A DNA stretch of 64,000 nt, taken from the NCBI GenBank assembly GCA_964057225.1, contig OZ059897.1:682001-746000 (forward strand), read 5' to 3'. Below are positions 11,701 through 23,800 of the stretch, piece by piece. Position 1 is the first letter of the stretch, and every line of letters begins with the position of its first letter. The notes under the pieces were generated by a model. The model worked only from the letters and a program-made list of their open reading frames with translations, ran no database searches and was not told where the DNA came from. A program made the translations under genes and the position numbers. The stretch comes from Auanema rhodensis. Taxonomy: Eukaryota > Animalia > Nematoda.

Positions 11701-14700
11701 TCGACGCAGCTTAAAAGTCCGCATCGAATGCACTATACTACATTGAGAAACGCTTAATACAAAAATTAGTTATGATCGTTTGAAAAATGATGCATTAGTG
11801 TATGTTGAGTTTCCATGTACACTCAAAATTGCTTCCAAAAACATTTTGACAAAAATTTTTTCGAAAAATTTCAAAATAATTTAGCGAAAAGTAGATTTTT
11901 TAGATTCCTTTTTTCGAGGCAAAAACGATGGACAATGTTATTCAACGAAAAAATTAATTCTTCAGGGTGAAAATCGAGGATATAAGTGTGAACTTATATC
12001 AGTTGATATCTCGGTGCATTTTTCAGCTAGCGCAAATCTGATAGTACAGATCGACGCAGCTTAAAAATCCGCATCGAATGCACTATACTACATTGAGAAA
12101 CGCTAAATACAAAAATAAGTTATGATCGTTTGAAAAATGATGCATTAGTGTATGTTGAGTTTCCATGTACACTCAAAATTGCTTCCAAAAACATTTTGAC
12201 AAAAATTTTTTCGAAAAATTTCAAAATAATTTAGCGAAAAGTAGATGTTTTTAGCTTCCTTTTTTCGAGGCAAAAACGATGGACAATGTTATTCAACGAA
12301 AAAATTAATTCTTCAGGGTGAAAATCGAGGATATAAGTGTCAACTTATATCAGTTGATATCTCGGTGCATTTTCAAGCTAGCGCAAATCTGATAGTACAG
12401 ATCGACGCAACTTAAAATTCCGCATTGAATGCACTATACTACATTGAGAAACGCTTAATACAAAAATAAGTTATGATCGTTTGTAAAATGATGCATTAGT
12501 GTATGTTGAGTTTCCATGTACACTCAAAATTGCTTCCAAAAACATTTTGACAAAAATTTTTTCGAAAAATTTCAAAATAATTTAGCAAAAAGTAGATGTT
12601 TTTAGATTCTTTTTTTCAAGGCAAAAACGATGGACAATGTAATTCAACGAAAAAATTAATTCTTCAGGGTGAAAATCGAGGATATAAGTGTGAACTTATA
12701 TCAGTTGATATCTCGGTGCATTTTTAAGCTAGCGGAAATCTGATAACACAGATCGACGCAGCTTAAAAGTCCGCATCGAATGCACTATACTACATTGAGA
12801 AACGCTTAATACAAAAATTAGTTATGATCGTTTGAAAAATGATGCATTAGTGTATGTTGAGTTTCCATGTACACTCAAAATTGCTTCCAAAAACATTTTG
12901 ACAAAAATTTTTTCGAAAAATTTCAAAATAATTTAGCGAAAAGTAGATGTTTTTAGATTCCTTTTTTCAAGGCAAAAACGATGGACAATGTAATTCAACG
13001 AAAAAATTAATTCTTCAGGGTGAAAATCGAGGATATAAGTGTGAACTTATATCAGTTGATATCTCGGTGCATTTTTAAGCTAGCGGAAATCTGATAACAC
13101 AGATCGACGCAGCTTAAAAGTCCGCATCGAATGCACTATACTACATTGAGAAACGCTTAATACAAAAATTAGTTATGATCGTTTGAAAAATGATGCATTA
13201 GTGTATGTTGAGTTTCCATGTACACTCAAAATTGCTTCCAAAAACATTTTGACAAAAATTTTTTCGAAAAATTTCAAAATAATTTAGCGAAAAGTAGATG
13301 TTTTTAGATTCCTTTTTTCGAGGCAAAAACGATGGACAATGTTATTTAACGAAAAAATTAATTCTTCAGGGTGAAAATCGAGGATATAAGTGTGAACTTA
13401 TATCAGTTGATATCTCGGTGCATTTTTCAGCTAGCGCAAATCTGATAGTACAGATCGACGCAGCTTAAAAATCCGCATCGAATGCACTATACTACATTGA
13501 GAAACGCTAAATACAAAAATAAGTTATGATCGTTTGAAAAATGATGCATTAGTGTATGTTGAGTTTCCATGTACACTCAAAATTGCTTCCAAAAACATTT
13601 TGACAAAAATTTTTTCGAAAAATTTCAAAATAATTTAGCGAAAAGTAGATGTTTTTAGCTTCCTTTTTTCGAGGCAAAAACGATGGACAATGTTATTCAA
13701 CGAAAAAATTAATTCTTCAGGGTGAAAATCGAGGATATAAGTGTGAACTTATATCAGTTGATATCTCGGTGCATTTTTAAGCTAGCGGAAATCTGATAAC
13801 ACAGATCGACGCAGCTTAAAAGTCCGCATCGAATGCACTATACTACATTGAGAAACGCTTAATACAAAAATTAGTTATGATCGTTTGAAAAATGATGCAT
13901 TAGTGTATGTTGAGTTTCCATGTACACTCAAAATTGCTTCCAAAAACATTTTGACAAAAATTTTTTCGAAAAATTTCAAAATAATTTAGCAAAAAGTAGA
14001 TGTTTTTAGATTCCTTTTTTCGAGGCAAAAACGATGGACAATGTTATTCAACGAAAAAATTAATTCTTCAGGGTGAAAATCGAGGATATAAGTGTGAACT
14101 TATATCAGTTGATATCTCGGTGCATTTTTCAGCTAGCGCAAATCTGATAGTACAGATCGACGCAGCTTAAAAATCCGCATCGAATGCACTATACTACATT
14201 GAGAAACGCTAAATACAAAAATAAGTTATGATCGTTTGAAAAATGATGCATTAGTGTATGTTGAGTTTCCATGTACACTCAAAATTGCTTCCAAAAACAT
14301 TTTGACAAAAATTTTTTCGAAAAATTTCAAAATAATTTAGCAAAAAGTAGATGTTTTTAGATTTTTTTTTTCAAGGCAAAAACAATGGACAATGTAATTC
14401 AACGAAAAAATTAATTCTTCAGGGTGAAAATCGAGGATATAAGTGTGAACTTATATCAGTTGATATCTCGGTGCATTTTTAAGCTAGCGGAAATCTGATA
14501 ACACAGATCGACGCAGCTTAAAAGTCCGCATCGAATGCACTATACTACATTGAGAAACGCTTAATACAAAAATTAGTTATGATCGTTTGAAAAATGATGC
14601 ATTAGTGTATGTTGAGTTTCCATGTACACTCAAAATTGCTTCCAAAAACATTTTGACAAAAATTTTTTCGAAAAATTTCAAAATAATTTAGCGAAAAGTA

Positions 14701-17700
14701 GATGTTTTTAGATTCCTTTTTTCAAGGCAAAAACGATGGACAATGTAATTCAACGAAAAAATTAATTCTTCAGGGTGAAAATCGAGGATATAAGTGTGAA
14801 CTTATATCAGTTGATATCTCGGTGCATTTTTAAGCTAGCGGAAATCTGATAACACAGATCGACGCAGCTTAAAAGTCCGCATCGAATGCACCATACTACA
14901 TTGAGAAACGCTTAATACAAAAATTAGTTATGATCGTTTGAAAAATGATGCATTAGTGTATGTTGAGTTTCCATGTACACTCAAAATTGCTTCCAAAAAC
15001 ATTTTGACAAAAATTTTTTCGAAAAATTTCAAAATAATTTAGCGAAAAGTAGATGTTTTTAGATTCCTTTTTTCGAGGCAAAAACGATGGACAATGTTAT
15101 TCAACGAAAAAATTAATTCTTCAGGGTGAGAATCGAGGATATAAGTGTGAACTTATATCAGTTGATATCTCGGTGCATTTTCAAGCTAGCGCAAATCTGA
15201 TAACACAGATCGACGCAGCTTAAAAGTCCGCATCGAATGCACTATACTACATTGAGAAACGCTTAATACAAAAATTAGTTATGATCGTTTGAAAAATGAT
15301 GCATTAGTGTATGTTGAGTTTCCATGTACACTCAAAATTGCTTCCAAAAACATTTTGACAAAGATTTTTTCGAAAAATTTCAAAATAATTTAGCGAAAAG
15401 TAGATGTTTTTAGATTCCTTTTTTCAAGGCAAAAACGATGGACAATGTAATTCAACGAAAAAATTAATTCTTCAGGGTGAATATCGAGGATATAAGTGTG
15501 AACTTATATCAGTTCATATCTCGGTGCATTTTCAAGCTAGCGTAAATCTGATAGTACAGATCGACGCAGCTTAAAAATCCGCATCGAATGCACTATACTA
15601 CATTGAGAAACGCTTAATACAAAAATTAGTTATGATCGTTTGAAAAATGATGCATTAGTGTATGTTGAGTTTCCATGTACACTCAAAATTGCTTCCAAAA
15701 ACATTTTGACAAAAATTTTTTCGAAAAATTTCAAAATAATTTAGCGAAAAGTAGATGTTTTTAGATTCCTTTTTTCGAGGCAAAAACGATGGACAATGTT
15801 ATTCAACGAAAAAATTAATTCTTCAGGGTGAAAATCGAGGATATAAGTGTGAACTTATATCAGTTGATATCTCGGTGCATTTTCAAGCTAGCGCAAATCT
15901 GATAACACAGATCGACGCAGCTTAAAAGTCCGCATCGAATGCACTATACTACATTGAGAAACGCTTAATACAAAAATTAGTTATGATCGTTTGAAAAATG
16001 ATGCATTAGTGTATGTTGAGTTTCCATGTACACTCAAAATTGCTTCCAAAAACATTTTGACAAAAATTTTTTCGAAAAATTTCAAAATAATTTAGCGAAA
16101 AGTAGATGTTTTTAGATTCCTTTTTTCGAAGCAAAAACGATGGACAATGTTATTCAACGAAAAAATTAATTCTTCAGGGTGAAAATCGAGGATATAAGTG
16201 TGAACTTATATCAGTTGATATCTCGGTGCATTTTTCAGCTAGCGCAAATCTGATAACACAGATCGACGCAGCTTAAAAATCCGCATCGAATGCACTATAC
16301 TACATTGAAAAACGCTTAATACCAAAATTAGTTATGATCGTTTGAAAAATGATGCATTAGTGTATGTTGAGTTTCCATGTACACTCAAAATTGCTTCCAA
16401 AAACATTTTGACAAAAATTTTTTCGAAAAATTTCAAAATAATTTAGCGAAAAGTAGATGTTTTTAGATTCCTTTTTTCGAGGCAAAAACGATGGACAATG
16501 TTATTCAACGAAAAAATTAATTCTTCAGGGTGAAAATCGAGGATATAAGTGTGAACTTATATCAGTTGATATCTCGGTGCATTTTCAAGCTAGCGCAAAT
16601 CTGATAACACAGATCGACGCAGCTTAAAAGTCCGCATCGAATGCACTATACTACATTGAGAAACGCTTAATACAAAAATTAGTTATGATCGTTTGAAAAA
16701 TGATGCATTAGTGTATGTTGAGTTTCCATGTACACTCAAAATTGCTTCCAAAAACATTTTGACAAAAATTTTTTCGAAAAATTTCAAAATAATTTAGCGA
16801 AAAGTAGATGTTTTTAGATTCCTTTTTTCGAAGCAAAAACGATGGACAATGTTATTCAACGAAAAAATTAATTCTTCAGGGTGAAAATCGAGGATATAAG
16901 TGTGAACTTATATCAGTTGATATCTCGGTGCATTTTTCAGCTAGCGCAAATCTGATAACACAGATCGACGCAGCTTAAAAATCCGCATCGAATGCACTAT
17001 ACTACATTGAAAAACGCTTAATACCAAAATTAGTTATGATCGTTTGAAAAATGATGCATTAGTGTATGTTGAGTTTCCATGTACACTCAAAATTGCTTCC
17101 AAAAACATTTTGACAAAAATTTTTTCGAAAAATTTCAAAATAATTTAGCGAAAAGTAGATGTTTTTAGATTCTTTTTTTCAAGGCAAAAACGATGGACAA
17201 TGTTATTCAACGAAAAAATTAATTTTTCAGGGTGAAAATCGAGGATATAGGTGTGAACTTATATCAGTTGATATCCCGGTGCATTTTTCAGCTAGCGCAA
17301 ATCTGATAACACAGATCGACGCAGCTTAAAAATCCGCATCGAATGCACTATACTACATTGAGAAACGCTTAATACCGAAATTAGTTATGATCGTTTGAAA
17401 AATGATGCATTAGTGTATGTTGAGTTTCCATGTACACTCAAAATTGCTTCCAAAAACATTTTGACAAAAATTTTTTCGAAAAATTTCAAAATAATTTAGC
17501 GAAAAGTAGATGTTTTTAGATTCCTTTTTTCGAGGCAAAAACGATGGACAATGTTATTCAACGAAAAAATTAATTCTTCAGGGTGAAAATCGAGGATATA
17601 AGTGTCAACTTATATCAGTTGATATCTCGGTGCATTTTCAAGCTAGCGCAAATCTGATAGTACAGATCGACGCAGCTTAAAAATCCGCATCGAATGCACT

Positions 17701-18070
17701 ATACTACATTGAGAAACGCTTAATACAAAAATAAGTTATGATCGTTTGTAAAATGATGCATTAGTGTATGTTGAGTTTCCATGTACACTCAAAATTGCTT
17801 CCAAAAACATTTTGACAAAAATTTTTTCGAAAAATTTCAAAATAATTTAGCAAAAAGTAGATGTTTTTAGATTCTTTTTTTCAAGGCAAAAACGATGGAC
17901 AATGTAATTCAACGAAAAAATTAATTCTTCAGGGTGAAAATCGAGGATATAAGTGTGAACTTATATCAGTTGATATCTCGGTGCATTTTTAAGCTAGCGG
18001 AAATCTGATAACACAGATCGACGCAGCTTAAAAGTCCGCATCGAATGCACTATACTACATTGAGAAACGC
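8751..18070. repeat. Variant domain 2 (approximate start; mixed with domain-1 alleles at 15-17.4 kb)
   Basis: Alleles agcgGaaat with aaaaGtcc, cgctAaatac, tttagCttcc, tttgTaaaa, gtgtCaac, and the 1-bp deletion allele. No ORF of 60 aa or more in the track. Confidence 0.8.
8950..13950. repeat. Higher-order duplication, period 2807 bp (8 monomers minus 1 bp), about 7 monomers matched
   Basis: 1-bp deletion at 9089/9090 and 11896/11897; gcaActtaaaatTcc at ~9603 and ~12410; tagCttcc at ~10852 and ~13659. Confidence 0.85.
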
Positions 18071-18071
18071 A
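18070..18071. other. Unique 65-bp deletion junction (monomer positions 172-236 missing), giving a 286-bp unit
   Basis: tgagaaacgc|acactcaaaa. Phase check: 19085 - 198 = 54x351 - 67, which equals 65 plus the two earlier 1-bp deletions. Confidence 0.97.
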
Positions 18072-20849
18072 CACTCAAAATTGCTTCCAAAAACATTTTG
18101 ACAAAAATTTTTTCGAAAAATTTCAAGATAATTTAGCGAAAAGTAGATGTTTTTAGATTCCTTTTTTCGAGGCAAAAACGATGGACAATGTTATTCAACG
18201 AAAAAATTAATTCTTCAGGGTGAAAATCGAGGATATAGGTGTGAACTTATATCAGTTGATATCTCGGTGCATTTTCAAGCTAGCGCAAATCTGATAGTAC
18301 AGATCGACGCAGCTTAAAAATCCGCATCGAATGCACTATACTACATTGGAAAACGCTTAATACAAAAATTAGTTATGATCGTTTGAAAAATGATGCATTA
18401 GTGTATGTTGAGTTTCCATGTACACTCAAAATTGCTTCCAAAAACATTTTGACAAAAATTTTTTCGAAAAATTTCAAGATAATTTAGCGAAAAGTAGATG
18501 TTTTTAGATTCCTTTTTTCGAGGCAAAAACGATGGACAATGTTATTCAACGAAAAAATTAATTCTTCAGGGTGAAGATCGAGGATATAAGTGTGAACTTA
18601 TATCAGTTGATATCTCGGTGCATTTTCAAGCTAGCGCAAATCTGATAGTACAGATCGACGCAGCTTAAAAGTCCGCATCGAATGCACTATACAACATTGA
18701 GAAACGCTTAATACAAAAATTAGTTATGATCGTTTGAAAAATGATGCATTAGTGTATGTTGAGTTTCCATGTACACTCAAAATTGCTTCCAAAAACATTT
18801 TGACAAAAATTTTTTCGAAAAATTTCAAAATAATTTAGCGAAAAGTAGATGTTTTTAGATTTCTTTTTTTGAGGCAAAAACGATGGACAATGTTATTCAA
18901 CGAAAAAATTAATTCTTCAGGGTGAAAATCGAGGATATAAGTGTGAACTTATATCAGTTGATATCTCGGTGCATTTTTAAGCTAGCGCAAATCTGATAGT
19001 ACAGATCGACGCAGCTTAAAAATCCGCATCGAATGCACTACACTACATTGAGAAACGCTCAATACAAAAATAAGTTATGATCGTTTGAAAAATGATGCAT
19101 TAGTGTATGTTGAGTTTCCATGTACACTCAACATTGCTTCCAAAAACATTTTGACAAAAAGTTTCCCGAAAAATTTCAAAATAATTTCACAAAAAGTAAA
19201 TGTTTTTAGATTCCTTTTTTCAAGACAAAGACGATGGACATTGTTATTCAACAAAAAAATTAATTCTTCAGGGTGAAAATCGAGGATATAAGTGTGAACT
19301 TATATCAGTTGATATCTCGGTGCATTTTCAAGCAAGCGCAAATCTGATAACACAGATCGACGCAGCTTAAAAATCCGCATCGAATGCACTATACTACATT
19401 GAAAAACGCTTAATACAAAAATTAGTTATGATCGTTTGAAAAATGATGCATTAGTGTATGTTGAGTTTCCATGTACACTCAACATTGCTTCCAAAAACAT
19501 TTTGACAAAAAGTTTCCCGAAAAATTTCAAAATAATTTCACAAAAAGTAAATGTTTTTAGATTCCTTTTTTCAAGACAAAGACGATGGACATTGTTATTC
19601 AACGAAAAAATTAATTCTTCAGGGTGAAAATCGAGGATATAGGTGTGAACTTATATCAGTTGATATCTCGGTGCATTTTCAAGCTAGCGCAAATCTGATA
19701 GTACAGATCGACGCAGCTTAAAAATCCGCATCGAATGCACTATACTACATTGGAAAACGCTTAATACAAAAATTAGTTATGATCGTTTGAAAAATGATGC
19801 ATTAGTGTATGTTGAGTTTCCATGTACACTCAAAATTGCTTCCAAAAACATTTTGACAAAAATTTTTTCGAAAAATTTCAAGATAATTTAGCGAAAAGTA
19901 GATGTTTTTAGATTCCTTTTTTCGAGGCAAAAACGATGGACAATGTTATTCAACGAAAAAATTAATTCTTCAGGGTGAAGATCGAGGATATAAGTGTGAA
20001 CTTATATCAGTTGATATCTCGGTGCATTTTCAAGCTAGCGCAAATCTGATAGTACAGATCGACGCAGCTTAAAAGTCCGCATCGAATGCACTATACAACA
20101 TTGAGAAACGCTTAATACAAAAATTAGTTATGATCGTTTGAAAAATGATGCATTAGTGTATGTTGAGTTTCCATGTACACTCAAAATTGCTTCCAAAAAC
20201 ATTTTGACAAAAATTTTTTCGAAAAATTTCAAAATAATTTAGCGAAAAGTAGATGTTTTTAGATTTCTTTTTTTGAGGCAAAAACGATGGACAATGTTAT
20301 TCAACGAAAAAATTAATTCTTCAGGGTGAAAATCGAGGATATAAGTGTGAACTTATATCAGTTGATATCTCGGTGCATTTTTAAGCTAGCGCAAATCTGA
20401 TAGTACAGATCGACGCAGCTTAAAAATCCGCATCGAATGCACTACACTACATTGAGAAACGCTCAATACAAAAATAAGTTATGATCGTTTGAAAAATGAT
20501 GCATTAGTGTATGTTGCGTTTCCATGTACACTCAAAATTGCTTCCAAAAACATTTTGACAAAAATTTTTTCGAAAAATTTCAAAATAATTTAGCGAAAAG
20601 TAGATGTTTTTAGATTTCTTTTTTCGAGGCAAAAACGATGGACAATGTTATTCAACGAAAAAATTAATTCTTCAGGGTGAAAATCGAGGATATAAGTGTG
20701 AACTTATATCAGTTGATATCTCGGTGCATTTTCAAGCTAGCGCAAATCTGATAGTACAGATCGACGCAGCTTAAAAATCCGCATCGAATGCACTATACTA
20801 CATTGAGAAACGCTCAATACAAAAATAAGTTATGATCGTTTGAAAAATG

Positions 20850-23800
20850 ATGCATTAGTGTATGTTGCGTTTCCATGTACACTCAAAATTGCTTCCAAAA
20901 ACATTTTGACAAAAATTTTTTCGAAAAATTTCAAAATAATTTAGCGAAAAGTAGATGTTTTTAGATTTCTTTTTTCGAGGCAAAAACGATGGACTATGTT
21001 ATTCAACGAAAAAATTAATTCTTCAGGGTGAAAATCGAGGATATAAGTGTGAACTTATATCAGTTGATATCTCGGTGCATTTTTAAGCTAGCGCAAATCT
21101 GATAACACAGATCGACCCAGCTTAAAAATGCGCATCGAATGCACTATACTACATTGAGAAACGCTTAATACAAAAATTAGTTATGATTGTTTGAAAAATG
21201 ATGCAATAGTGTATGTTGAGTTTCCATGTACACTCAAAATTGCTTCCAAAAACATTTTGACAAAAATTTTTTCGAAAAATTTCAAGATAATTTCACAAAA
21301 AGTAGATGTTTTTAGATTCCTTTTTTCAAGACAAAGACGATGGACAATGTTATTCAACGAAAAAATTAATTCTTCAGGGTGAAAATCGAGGATATAGGTG
21401 TGAACTTATATCAGTTGATATCTCGGTGCATTTTTAAGCTAGCGCAAATCTGATAACACAGATCGACCCAGCTTAAAAATCCGCATCGAATGCACTATAC
21501 TACATTAAGAAACGTTCAATACAAAAATTAGTTATGATCGTTTGAAAAATGATGCATTAGTGTATGTTGAGTTTCCATGTACACTCAACATTGCTTCCAA
21601 AAACATTTTGACAAAAAGTTTCCCGAAAAATTTCAAAATAATTTCACAAAAAGTAAATGTTTTTAGATTCCTTTTTTCAAGACAAAGACGATGGACATTG
21701 TTATTCAACAAAAAAATTAATTCTTCAGGGTGAAAATCGAGGATATAGGTGTGAACTTATATCAGTTGATATCTCGGTGCATTTTCAAGCAAGCGCAAAT
21801 CTGATAACACAGATCGACGCAGCTTAAAAATCCGCATCGAATGCACTATACTACATTGAAAAACGCTTAATACAAAAATTAGTTATGATCGTTTGAAAAA
21901 TGATGCATTAGTGTATGTTGAGTTTCCATGTACACTCAAAATTGCTTCCAAAAACATTTTGACAAAAATTTTTTCGAAAAATTTCAAGATAATTTAGCGA
22001 AAAGTAGATGTTTTTAGATTCCTTTTTTCGAGGCAAAAACGATGGACAATGTTATTCAACGAAAAAATTAGTTCTTCAGGGTGAAAATCGAGGATATAGG
22101 TGTGAACTTATATCAGTTGATATCTCGGTGCATTTTCAAGCTAGCGCAAATCTGATAGTACAGATCGACGCAGCTTAAAAATCCGCATCGAATGCACTAT
22201 ACTACATTGGAAAACGCTTAATACAAAAATTAGTTATGATCGTTTGAAAAATGATGCATTAGTGTATGTTGAGTTTCCATGTACACTCAAAATTGCTTCC
22301 AAAAACATTTTGACAAAAAGTTTCCCGAAAAATTTCAAAATAATTTCACAAAAAGTAAATGTTTTTAGATTCCTTTTTTCAAGACAAAGACGATGGACAT
22401 TGTTATTCAACAAAAAAATTAATTCTTCAGGGTGAAAATCGAGGATATAGGTGTGAACTTATATCAGTTGATATCTCGGTGCATTTTCAAGCAAGCGCAA
22501 ATCTGATAACACAGATCGACGCAGCTTAAAAATCCGCATCGAATGCACTATACTACATTGAAAAACGCTTAATACAAAAATTAGTTATGATCGTTTGAAA
22601 AATGATGCATTAGTGTATGTTGAGTTTCCATGTACACTCAAAATTGCTTCCAAAAACATTTTGACAAAAATTTTTTCGAAAAATTTCAAGATAATTTAGC
22701 GAAAAGTAGATGTTTTTAGATTCCTTTTTTCGAGGCAAAAACGATGGACAATGTTATTCAACGAAAAAATTAATTCTTCAGGGTGAAAATCGAGGATATA
22801 GGTGTGAACTTATATCAGTTGATATCTCGGTGCATTTTCAAGCTAGCGCAAATCTGATAGTACAGATCGACGCAGCTTAAAAATCCGCATCGAATGCACT
22901 ATACTACATTGGAAAACGCTTAATACAAAAATTAGTTATGATCGTTTGAAAAATGATGCATTAGTGTATGTTGAGTTTCCATGTACACTCAAAATTGCTT
23001 CCAAAAACATTTTGACAAAAATTTTTTCGAAAAATTTCAAGATAATTTAGCGAAAAGTAGATGTTTTTAGATTCCTTTTTTCGAGGCAAAAACGATGGAC
23101 AGTGTTATTAAACGAAAAAATTAATTCTTCAGGGTGAAAATCGAGGATATAAGTGTGAACTTATATCAGTTGATATCTCGGTGCATTTTCAAGCTAGCGC
23201 AAATCTGATAGTACAGATCGACGCAGCTTAAACGTCCGCATCGAATGCACTATACAACATTGAGAAACGCTTAATACAAAAATTAGTTATGATCGTTTGA
23301 AAAATGATGCATTAGTGTATGTTGAGTTTCCATGTACACTCAAAATTGCTTCCAAAAACATTTTGACAAAAAGTTTCCCGAAAAATTTCAAAATAATTTA
23401 GCGAAAAGTAGATGTTTTTAGATTTCTTTTTTTGAGGCAAAAACGATGGACAATGTTATTCAACGAAAAAATTAATTCTTCAGGGTGAAAATCGAGGATA
23501 TAAGTGTGAACTTATATCAGTTGATATCTCGGTGCATTTTCAAGCTAGCGCAAATCTGATAGTACAGATCGACGCAGCTTAAAAATCCGCATCGAATGCA
23601 CTATACTACATTGAGAAACGCTTAATACAAAAATTAGTTATGATTGTTTGAAAAATGATGCATTAGTGTATGTTGCGTTTCCATGTACACTCAAAATTGC
23701 TTCCAAAAACATTTTGACAAAAATTTTTTCGAAAAATTTCAAAATAATTTAGCGAAAAGTAGATGTTTTTAGATTTCTTTTTTCGAGGCAAAAACGATGG

